The notes under the pieces were generated by a model. It made no database searches and had not been told where the DNA came from. It saw only the letters and a program-made list of their open reading frames with translations. From assembly GCA_049512435.1 (NCBI GenBank), contig JBEKXC010000001.1, forward strand, positions 1,149 to 65,148: a stretch of 64,000 nt of DNA, read 5' to 3'. The DNA is from Terriglobales bacterium (GTDB taxonomy: Bacteria > Acidobacteriota > Terriglobia > Terriglobales > Acidobacteriaceae). This document shows, piece after piece, positions 56,774 to 64,000 of the stretch (positions are counted from its first letter, which is position 1; each line of letters begins with the position of its first letter). Made by a program: the position numbers and the translations under genes.

Positions 56774-59458
56774 CTACACTCTCATCCGCAGGTCGCTCGA
56801 GGTGCCGCCGGCCGCTGGAACGTAGCACTTGGTCGTGTAATCCATCACCATGCGATCGGCGTTGAAGCGCCAGCCGAGGGTTCGGATGGTGCGCTTCATG
56901 CGCTGGATCCATCCGCGCGGCAGGCCGTCGCGATCGCGCTGATAGTAGAGCGGGATCACTTCGTCACGAAGAACCCGGATCAGGTCATCCCCGTCGCGGG
57001 CGTCGTGAACATTCATGTCGGAGTGAGTTCTGCCCTTTCCGATAGCGAAGCCGTTCAAGCCGTCGTAAGCTTCCGCCCACCAGCCGTCCAGAACCGAGAG
57101 GTTCAAGCCGCCGTTCAAAACGACTTTCTGACCGCTGGTTCCGGAAGCTTCCAGCGGACGCCGCGGATTGTTCAGCCAGACATCAACACCCTGCGTCAAA
57201 TGGCGGCCGACGTTGATGTCGTAGTCTTCGACGAAGACGAATTTGTCGGAAAACTTCGGGTCTCGCATCAACTGGGCAATCTGCTGCAGGACGCGCTTGC
57301 CGGGCTCGTCGAGGGGATGCGCCTTTCCGGCAAAGACGAACTGCACCGGGCGTTTCGGATCATTGACCATGCTGGCGATTTTTTCGATATCGGCCAAAAT
57401 CAGATTGGCGCGCTTGTAGGTCGCAAAGCGGCGCGCAAAACCGATAGTGAGCGCATCGGGACTGAGCACCCGTTCCAGTTGTTGCAGCACGTCGCGCGGT
57501 TCGTTGCGGCGCGCGGCCTGCATAACGGCGCGGCGGCGCACAAATTCGATCATGCGCGACTTCAGGTTGAAGTGAGTTTCCCAGAGTTCGCCGTCGTCGA
57601 CGTTGTCAATGCCCTCCCAGATTTTGGCCTCGCTGCTGCGCTGCTGCCATCCCGTGCCAAGATGGCGATCATAGAGCCGAAACATCTGCGGAGCCAGCCA
57701 TGTAGGAACATGCACGCCGTTGGTAATGTGCCCGATGGGAACCGCGTCTTCCAGCTTGCCCGGGAAAAGTCCGGTCCACATGGCGCGGGAGACCTCCCCG
57801 TGCAGCGAGGAAACTGCATTGGCGTGCCGTGAAAGCCGCAGACCGAGCACGGTCATGCAAAAACGCTCGTCGCTGTCGGGATTCTCGCGTCCCAGGGCCA
57901 TAAAGCTTTCCTTGGAAAGACCGAGGGCCTCGCGTAGAGGTCCGAGGTGCTCCTCGACCAGATCGGCATCGAAGCGATCATGGCCGGCGGGCACGGGTGT
58001 GTGGGTAGTGAAAACCACTTCACGGGCAACGCGCGGTACGGCCTTTTCGAAGCCGATGCCTTCTTCTTCCATGCGTTGGCGAATTGCTTCGAGGACCACA
58101 AAGGCGCTGTGTCCTTCATTGAGGTGAAGAACCCCGGGGGTGATGCCGAGCGCTTTCAGGGCGCGCAGGCCTCCCACACCAAGGAGCAGTTCCTGATGGA
58201 CGCGAACCCGGCCATCGCCGCCGTACAAACGTGAGGTCAGCTCGCGGTCTTCAGGGGCGTTGCCTTCCACGTCGGAATCGATGAGAAACAACTCACACCG
58301 GCCCACTTTGACGCGCCAGACCTTTGCGTAGATCGGACCATGGCGGGTATCGACTTGCACCACGACCGGTCTGCCGTTGACTCCGATGGCCGTTTCCATG
58401 GCCAACTGGTTGACATCGGTTTCGAGGTATTCCTCGCGCTGCCAGCCGTCGCGATCGAGGCGCTGGCGGAAATATCCCTGGCCATAGAAAAGGCCGACGC
58501 CGACGAGGGGGATCCCGAGATCGGAAGCGCTCTTGATGTGATCGCCGGCCAGAACGCCCAGTCCACCGGAATAAACGGGGAGAGATTCATGCACGCCGAA
58601 TTCGGCGGAGAAATAAGCCACGGGACGGGGCCGTAGAACACCGGCGTGGCGCGCGCCCCAGGTCCGCTCCGCATCCTGGTACTCGCGCAGGCGGCGATAG
58701 GCGTAGTTGATCCGCCCGTGCAGGTTCAGTTCGTTGGCGCGCTGTTCCAGTTTTTCGAGAGGATACTCATTCAGCAGCGAGACTGGACTGTGATTGAGCT
58801 GGCTCCAGCGCAGCGGATCGACATCGCGGAACAAGCCGGCAGCATCGTGATCCCAGCTCCACCACAGGTTGCGTGCCAGAGCCCACAGCCTCTCCTGGAC
58901 CGGCGCGATGAAACGGTCGAGAGTACGGGCTTCGCTCACCACGTTCGCCACCCGACGAGCGGCTTCCGTCAGTTGGCGGATCTCACTTTCCGGGAAGACG
59001 CGCGGCTCCACGGTTTGAACCACCAGCACACCTTGCAGCACACCGCGATCAACGAGGGGCACTCCCAGAAACGATTGGTAAGCATCCTCACCCGCTTCGC
59101 TGAAGTACTTGAAGCGAGGATGCTTCGTGACCTGTTCCACGGCCACCGGGCGGACCTGTTCCGCGACCAAGCCGACGAGTCCTTCATTGACGGCCATGCG
59201 AAGCTTGCCGACAGATTCCCGGCGCAGCCCGAGTGTCGCGGCCAGAACGAGATTCGCACGGTCGGGTTCCAGCAGGTAGGCGGAGCAAACATCGGTGCCA
59301 AAGCGTCTGGCAATCAGGGCGACTACGTTCATCAGGGTCTCGGCCGGCTTGCCGGGCTCCGCCGCCAGATTCGCGATCTCCTCCCATGTCAGCACATAGC
59401 TGGCATCGAGAGAGCAGGCGGCGTGGTCTTGATCCTGAACTAGCTCATTTGGTTCCAA
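56774..59458 (-). CDS. glgP: alpha-glucan phosphorylase with an N-terminal GAF domain
   Basis: 894 aa. The first ~180 aa are GAF-like (VCSAYLLEPDRANLVLAATLGL...SFLGVPLVDRGVLQGVLVVQT). The remainder is alpha-glucan phosphorylase family (GGLGVLAGDHIKSASDLG, PLP Lys block VQFVFAGKAHPLDEPGK, GTSGQKVVLNGGLNLSVLDGWW). Confidence 0.88.
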   Translation of the reverse strand: MEPNELVQDQDHAACSLDASYVLTWEEIANLAAEPGKPAETLMNVVALIARRFGTDVCSAYLLEPDRANLVLAATLGLRRESVGKLRMAVNEGLVGLVAEQVRPVAVEQVTKHPRFKYFSEAGEDAYQSFLGVPLVDRGVLQGVLVVQTVEPRVFPESEIRQLTEAARRVANVVSEARTLDRFIAPVQERLWALARNLWWSWDHDAAGLFRDVDPLRWSQLNHSPVSLLNEYPLEKLEQRANELNLHGRINYAYRRLREYQDAERTWGARHAGVLRPRPVAYFSAEFGVHESLPVYSGGLGVLAGDHIKSASDLGIPLVGVGLFYGQGYFRQRLDRDGWQREEYLETDVNQLAMETAIGVNGRPVVVQVDTRHGPIYAKVWRVKVGRCELFLIDSDVEGNAPEDRELTSRLYGGDGRVRVHQELLLGVGGLRALKALGITPGVLHLNEGHSAFVVLEAIRQRMEEEGIGFEKAVPRVAREVVFTTHTPVPAGHDRFDADLVEEHLGPLREALGLSKESFMALGRENPDSDERFCMTVLGLRLSRHANAVSSLHGEVSRAMWTGLFPGKLEDAVPIGHITNGVHVPTWLAPQMFRLYDRHLGTGWQQRSSEAKIWEGIDNVDDGELWETHFNLKSRMIEFVRRRAVMQAARRNEPRDVLQQLERVLSPDALTIGFARRFATYKRANLILADIEKIASMVNDPKRPVQFVFAGKAHPLDEPGKRVLQQIAQLMRDPKFSDKFVFVEDYDINVGRHLTQGVDVWLNNPRRPLEASGTSGQKVVLNGGLNLSVLDGWWAEAYDGLNGFAIGKGRTHSDMNVHDARDGDDLIRVLRDEVIPLYYQRDRDGLPRGWIQRMKRTIRTLGWRFNADRMVMDYTTKCYVPAAGGTSSDLRMRV

Positions 59459-59831
59459 ATCCGGTCTCCATCTTCTTAGGTTCCCCCGTCCTGCAACCGG
59501 TCAACCAGTCGCCAACTAACGACCCGAAGGCGGTTCAGAAGAAACCTCTCCTAAGCCATTCTATCGGGAGAAAACGGAACTACTCCATATCGGCGGTTGA
59601 ATTGTTGATTACGACGGTGCGCTTCGGACGGCCCAATTGCCCGTTTTGGGCTTGCGTCATTGCCGATATCTAACTGATTCAGACCCTAATAGACGGTTCG
59701 CGCCGAGTCCAATTCGAATTGTTGATGGAGCGCATCAGCTAGCGATAACTTCGTTCTCCTCGCGAGCTGAGGATCCTCGGGGGGCGAGGCACGCCCGGCT
59801 CTCCAAACAATTCCTGTCGTGAGAAGGAAAT

Positions 59832-59878
59832 GCGCGCTGTGCTCCACCCGCCAGGAGGTCGAGTGGAACACAGCGCGC
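59832..59878 (-). terminator. long hairpin downstream of htrA
   Basis: GCGCGCTGTG(C)TCCAC - 15-nt loop - GTGGA(A)CACAGCGCGC. On the minus strand it is followed by ATTTCCTTCT. It starts 26 nt after the htrA stop. Confidence 0.5.
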
Positions 59879-59903
59879 TACGGGGTTTCCCCCTTATCGC
59901 CCG

Positions 59904-61445
59904 CTAGCCTTGCGCAGGATGCAACACGCGGAATGTGCTGCCACCCTGCGACCACACGAGCACGAGTGCATCCTGGCCATTTGGCACGTTGGATAGCACT
60001 TGCACCACTTCGGCCGCGGATTTGACCGGGTGCCGGTTTACTTCCATGATGACGTCCCCACGCTGCAGGCCCGCATTATCGGCCGGGCTGCCGGGCTTGA
60101 CGTCCTCAACCACGGCGCCATGAACTGAGGGTTGCGCTTGCACTTCGTTTCGGACATCCGGAGTCAAGTCCGCGAGACTTAGCCCCCAACGCCCTTTACC
60201 GTGCTCGCTGCCGGCGATTTCAGTACCTTTGTCCCCGCCGAGTGCTTCGAGCGTTACCGCAATGGTGGTCGGCTTGCTGTCGCGCACTACCTGCAGGTGG
60301 ATCGTGTCACCGGGCCGCTTTTGTCCAACTACCATTTGCAATTGTCCAGCATCGGTCACGGGCTTTCCGTCGACTTCGGTAATCACGTCTCCGCTGCGGA
60401 GGCCAGCCTTCGCTCCGGGCGCGTCAGGCTCAACCTCAGAGACCAGCGCTCCCTCAGCTTTTTTCATCTCGAAGAACTTGGCATTGTCGGGAGTTACGTC
60501 GGAGATCTGAATTCCGATAAACGCGTGCGTTATTTTGCCGTCGCGAATCAATGCTTCCACCGTGGGCTCGACGATCTGAGTAGGAATCGCAAAGCCCATG
60601 CCCGAGAACGATCCCGAGGATGAAATCAGGAAGGTGTTGATGCCGATGAGTTCGCCGCGCGCGTCCACCAGTGCTCCGCCGGAGTTTCCGGGATTGATGG
60701 CAGCGTCGGTCTGGATGAATTCGCCCGGCTTCCGGCGATCGCTCGCGTCGGGATTCGGACGGTTCAGCGCGCTGATGATGCCCCGCGTCACCGTGAAGCG
60801 GAACCCGTACGGATTCCCAAAAGCCAGCACCGTCTGTCCAGGGTGCAGGTTGGCCGAATTGCCAAAGGGCACGCTCGGTAAGTTGGTTCCATTTACCTTG
60901 ATGACCGCGAGATCGGTTAGCGGGTCGGCGCCAATCAACTTCGCGGGCAGCACTTCCCGGTTGCTCATGGTGACCCGAATATCGACCGCTCCGTCGATCA
61001 CGTGGTTGTTGGTGACGATGTATCCGTCGGGAGAGATGATCACACCGCTGCCCAGGCCATGCTCCACCCGATTCTGCGGTTGCGATGGCATCTGGAACTG
61101 ATGGCCGAAAGGACCGTTCGGGCCGAAAAACTGCTGCATGTCGGGCATGCCTTCCTGCCCACTCTGTTGCGCGTTGCCCTTCGACACGACCGTAACATTC
61201 ACGACCGCCGGCGTGACTCGCGCCGCCAGTGTTTCCATTGCGCGGTCGAGTGTGAGCAATGCTGCGACACTATTGTCATCGAGCGGCGCTGCCGCTGGAG
61301 CGGGGGCCGCCGCTGCGGTTGCAGACTTCGCAAAGTTGAACGTCGCGAGCGCACCAACTGCTACTACGGCAATCAAGGCCACCAGCAGACGCCTTGTCAT
61401 CACTGTTTTGCAACGTGCTTTACAACGTTCCATCCACATCTTCAT
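59904..61445 (-). CDS. htrA: periplasmic serine endoprotease DegP/HtrA family (two PDZ domains)
   Basis: Strong SD AAGGAG 8 nt before ATG 61445. Catalytic triad blocks TNNHVI, DLAVIK and GNSGGAL. Two PDZ-like C-terminal domains. Confidence 0.9.
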   Translation of the reverse strand: MKMWMERCKARCKTVMTRRLLVALIAVVAVGALATFNFAKSATAAAAPAPAAAPLDDNSVAALLTLDRAMETLAARVTPAVVNVTVVSKGNAQQSGQEGMPDMQQFFGPNGPFGHQFQMPSQPQNRVEHGLGSGVIISPDGYIVTNNHVIDGAVDIRVTMSNREVLPAKLIGADPLTDLAVIKVNGTNLPSVPFGNSANLHPGQTVLAFGNPYGFRFTVTRGIISALNRPNPDASDRRKPGEFIQTDAAINPGNSGGALVDARGELIGINTFLISSSGSFSGMGFAIPTQIVEPTVEALIRDGKITHAFIGIQISDVTPDNAKFFEMKKAEGALVSEVEPDAPGAKAGLRSGDVITEVDGKPVTDAGQLQMVVGQKRPGDTIHLQVVRDSKPTTIAVTLEALGGDKGTEIAGSEHGKGRWGLSLADLTPDVRNEVQAQPSVHGAVVEDVKPGSPADNAGLQRGDVIMEVNRHPVKSAAEVVQVLSNVPNGQDALVLVWSQGGSTFRVLHPAQG

Positions 61446-61488
61446 TTTCTTTTCTCCTTGTGTTTTGATAATGTCTTACTAATCATGT

Positions 61489-61508
61489 GCAACTAATTAT
61501 GTAGTTGC
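61489..61508 (-). promoter_or_regulatory. candidate BlaI-family operator upstream of htrA
   Basis: GCAACTAATTATGTAGTTGC (7-bp inverted arms GCAACTA/TAGTTGC), 44-63 nt upstream of the htrA ATG. It matches 17 of 20 positions of the site at 63693-63712. Confidence 0.45.
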
Positions 61509-61531
61509 TAATTGCAAAAAAATTTTTCCCG

Positions 61532-63205
61532 CTAAATCGCCTTGGTTACAGGCACCCTCGCCAACCGTTCGCGAACTTGAGTCACCCGGATCACTCGCCA
61601 CACCCGGACGCTCCACGCCGGCGAATCAGATGTCACATACTGTGTGGTTTCAATAAAGACCAAGGTTTCGAATCGAGGCAGGAAAACCTGATCCGCGCTG
61701 GCGCCGATCGCGACTGCTCGGGCGGGCGGCGGCTCCTGATTCATTAGAGCGAGGTTCATTAGAGCAAAGTTCATTTGGGCAGAGTTCATTCGGGCGTCAA
61801 CGGCGCGAGCCTGAGCCAGCAGGGTTTCGGCAGCATCGTTCCCGTGGACGTGCGCATGAACGACTCTGGCAGTCATGATTCTTGCCGGCATGATTCTTGC
61901 CGGCATGATTTTTGCCGGCATTGTTTTGGCCGCCATTGTTGTCTTGCCCGTGACGCCCGCCGGCGACGACTCGCCAGTCCGCAACGCAGAGGGTATTACC
62001 GCTGCTGTTTGTAACACTGCTGTTTGTAACGACGACTGGAGGGCAGCCTGTCGGAGCGCAGCTGAATACACCGGATCGGAGTTGCTGACGGCCATATCAC
62101 GATCAGCATCGTGGTCAAACCCAACGAAATGGGGTGCGAGCGGAAGCGCCATCAGGCAGACAATGGAAAAAGCGCTGACCATGCCGAGCGCCGGCCTCCA
62201 GACACGCGTGGCCACGGGCCGGTTCGCGTCGAGAATTCGCGCCAGCCGCAGCGAAGCTTCACGCGCGCGGTGCACAGCCGCCTGGACCATCGACCATCGC
62301 CGGTCTAGAAGGCGATGCGCCAGACTCTTTTCCAGCAGCGAGACCAGACAAGTGGCGTATCCATGCGGGTTGGCGGTTTCGGCCAGCACGGCGTCGTCAC
62401 AAGCCATCTCGCGTTCAACAGAGAGCCGGTTATCGATCCACCACACTGCGGGATGAAAGAAGAATAGCGCGCGCACGATCTTCTGAATGAGGTTCGTCCA
62501 GTCATCCCAGCGCCGCAGATGTGCGAATTCGTGCAGCAGGATGACGTTGAGATCTTCAGCGGGCAGTTCGCGCAACGCCCAAGCTGGCAGAATAATGGTC
62601 CGCTTCCAGAAACCGATGGCGGCGGGCACGCGCACGCAGTCCGAGGTCGCAATAGTTACTGACTTTGATACTGACTTTGAATCGACCGTCCCTGACGCTC
62701 CGATTGCCTCCACCGTTTTTCGGACAGCCGGATCAAGATCGGCCACGACGATTGCCGTGCAGCTTTGGCGCAGCCGACGCAGGTGCCAAAGCCCCGCTGC
62801 CAGACGTGCCATCGCCACGGACGCTCCAACCACCCACATCAGAAAGACGAAAAGTCCCCAGCGAGCGGGGATGGTGATTGCAGGCCGCATGCTTCCCGAT
62901 GAACTCCCTGCGAACGAAGTCCCGGCCAGCGAAGTCCCGGCCGACAGCAGTGCGGCGTGCCTTTCGCCGAAACCGCCGAGCACCGGAAGCGCCGCAACCG
63001 CCAGCAATGCCAGGAACCAGACCGCAAATCGCGTTCCCGAATTCTGCTTTCGCAAAACCCGCAGCAGCGCCCAGGCGAAGAGCGCAATCAGAATCGCTTC
63101 GGGGAACGCGTTGAGAATGCGCTCGACCGACACCTGCGCCACTCTCTCCAGGGATGATGACAATGAGGATAGCGATAGGAATAGGAATAAAGAAGGCCAG
63201 TTCAT
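61532..63205 (-). CDS. BlaR1/MecR1-like M56 peptidase signal transducer
   Basis: 4 TM helices and the zinc-metalloprotease motif HEFAHLRRWDDW. ATGA overlap with blaI-like (63202-63205). The C-terminal ~250 aa is repeat-rich and has no recognisable penicillin-binding sensor. Confidence 0.85.
   Translation of the reverse strand: MNWPSLFLFLSLSSLSSSLERVAQVSVERILNAFPEAILIALFAWALLRVLRKQNSGTRFAVWFLALLAVAALPVLGGFGERHAALLSAGTSLAGTSFAGSSSGSMRPAITIPARWGLFVFLMWVVGASVAMARLAAGLWHLRRLRQSCTAIVVADLDPAVRKTVEAIGASGTVDSKSVSKSVTIATSDCVRVPAAIGFWKRTIILPAWALRELPAEDLNVILLHEFAHLRRWDDWTNLIQKIVRALFFFHPAVWWIDNRLSVEREMACDDAVLAETANPHGYATCLVSLLEKSLAHRLLDRRWSMVQAAVHRAREASLRLARILDANRPVATRVWRPALGMVSAFSIVCLMALPLAPHFVGFDHDADRDMAVSNSDPVYSAALRQAALQSSLQTAVLQTAAVIPSALRTGESSPAGVTGKTTMAAKTMPAKIMPARIMPARIMTARVVHAHVHGNDAAETLLAQARAVDARMNSAQMNFALMNLALMNQEPPPARAVAIGASADQVFLPRFETLVFIETTQYVTSDSPAWSVRVWRVIRVTQVRERLARVPVTKAI
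61740..61799. repeat. 15-bp in-frame tandem repeat x4 inside the blaR1-like gene
   Basis: TTCATTAGAGCGAGG / TTCATTAGAGCAAAG / TTCATTTGGGCAGAG / TTCATTCGGGCGTCA, encoding MNSAQ MNFAL MNLAL MN. Confidence 0.8.
61874..61948. repeat. 15-bp in-frame tandem repeat x5 inside the blaR1-like gene
   Basis: CATGATTCTTGCCGG x2, CATGATTTTTGCCGG, CATTGTTTTGGCCGC, CATTGTTGTCTTGCC, encoding AKTMP AKIMP ARIMP ARIM. Confidence 0.8.
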
Positions 63206-63645
63206 TTCGCGTCCTTCCGAACCAGGTCCTTTTGAACCAGGTCCTTTTGAGCCGAGTCCTTCTGAACCGTGTCCTTCTGAATCAGCATCTCCCGCAGACG
63301 ACCGATTTCCTCTTCTCCAATGCCTTGGTCCTCGAGGAGATTCAAGACCAGTTGCTCCTGCGAATTTTTGAAAAAGCGACCCACCAGGTGCCGAATTTCC
63401 GAACGCGTGGCTTCCTCTTGCCCGACCAGCGGCGTATAGACGTGAGCCCGTCCATCCTTCAGATGTTTCAAATAGCCTTTTCTCTCGAGAACACGAATCG
63501 TGGTCAGGACCGAGTTATAGGCCAAGGTGGGAGTTTGCATAATCGAATCAAGAACTTGCTGGACTGTGCCCGAGCCTTTTCCCCAGAGCACATTCATGAT
63601 TCTCAGCTCGGCTTCGGTCAAAGTTCCTGATTGTCTCGGCGGCAC
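63202..63645 (-). CDS. BlaI/MecI/CopY-family transcriptional repressor
   Basis: GTG start. LTEAELRIMNVLWGKGSGTVQQVLDSI...YNSVLTTIRVLERKGYL is the winged-helix of the BlaI family. The C-terminal tail is QKDTV QKDSA QKDLV QKDLV RKDAK. Confidence 0.88.
   Translation of the reverse strand: MPPRQSGTLTEAELRIMNVLWGKGSGTVQQVLDSIMQTPTLAYNSVLTTIRVLERKGYLKHLKDGRAHVYTPLVGQEEATRSEIRHLVGRFFKNSQEQLVLNLLEDQGIGEEEIGRLREMLIQKDTVQKDSAQKDLVQKDLVRKDAK
63211..63285. repeat. 15-bp in-frame tandem repeat x5 at the blaI-like 3' end
   Basis: GTCCTTCCGAACCAG / GTCCTTTTGAACCAG / GTCCTTTTGAGCCGA / GTCCTTCTGAACCGT / GTCCTTCTGAATCAG. Confidence 0.8.
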
Positions 63646-63692
63646 CGGTCGTCCCCCTGCTCCTGCACCTTAGACGCCCCACACGGCGAAAG

Positions 63693-63712
63693 GTAACTAA
63701 TTCTTTAGTTGC
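63693..63712 (-). promoter_or_regulatory. candidate BlaI-family operator upstream of blaI-blaR1
   Basis: GTAACTAATTCTTTAGTTGC, 48-67 nt upstream of the blaI-like GTG. It matches 17 of 20 positions of the site at 61489-61508. Confidence 0.45.
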
Positions 63713-64000
63713 AGAGGAAATGCCGAAGGTTGCATCCCTGTTTCTCGGCGGAGATGAGGATTAAGTGGAGGCGGTTGAGGGACTCTAACAAGATGTCATT
63801 CTGAGCGGAGTGGCGCTTCGCGTTTGTTTACTCGGAAGGTATTAATTCGTGTTTACCACTACCCCCCTCCCCCCTAGTCTTTGGAATCATGGGGTTAGCG
63901 TGGGTATTCCTGCCAAAGTTTAGAGCGCAAAGGACTTATTTTTCAAAGTATTCCGGAATAAGGACTTAGCTTGATTTTTCGCTCTTTTTCCCTCAAATTC

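Noticed and set aside
56690-59443. 380-aa and 265-aa plus-strand ORFs (56690..57832, 58646..59443)
   Set aside because: Both are antisense shadows of the glucan phosphorylase gene. The first starts inside the REP element.
61740-63285. Regularly spaced short repeats, considered as a CRISPR array
   Set aside because: The units are contiguous 15-bp tandem repeats without spacers and lie inside coding sequence. There are no cas genes. This is not CRISPR.

Overview
A 64-kb bacterial chromosomal segment of roughly 58-60% GC. Gene content suggests Acidobacteriota: an acidobacterial-type VWFA protein, a CarboxypepD_reg/TonB-dependent-receptor-like barrel, a FecR/Trp-rich secreted protein, a BlaI-BlaR1 pair and many Gly/Pro-rich tails. 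The taxon is inference only. I call about 50 CDS, 2 tRNAs (Cys-GCA, Gly-GCC), one integrase pseudogene fragment, a REP-like palindromic element family, several intrinsic terminators and a few candidate operators. Core blocks, in order: partial uvrA and an aldehyde dehydrogenase; TDO-like, ABC ATPase, receiver and PhzF genes; a 1-Cys peroxiredoxin; a carbamoyl-phosphate cluster (COG2403 GTPase-like, OTC, carbamate kinase, an atypical ATCase-like paralog, ornithine aminotransferase); VapBC; a membrane histidine kinase plus sigma54 activator beside glnB-glnD; an argC-argB-argD-GNAT-argJ operon with an ARG-box-like operator; amt; a GAF-fused alpha-glucan phosphorylase; htrA; and a blaI-blaR1-like pair. 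The most interesting part is a block of orphan genes of about 13 kb (11.3-24.2 kb) that starts at a frameshifted tyrosine-integrase remnant. It holds a 3-TM protein plus a DUF900-like alpha/beta hydrolase, a secreted isoamylase, and a Cys/Trp-rich 690-aa protein followed by a DUF1360 membrane protein and a translationally coupled 87-aa MSCCG protein. It ends with an ECF sigma / anti-sigma / 332-aa orphan operon next to a lipoprotein TPR-CHAT (caspase-like) protease. I saw no CRISPR array, rRNA or intact mobile element. All homology calls come from motif recognition by eye; no searches were run.
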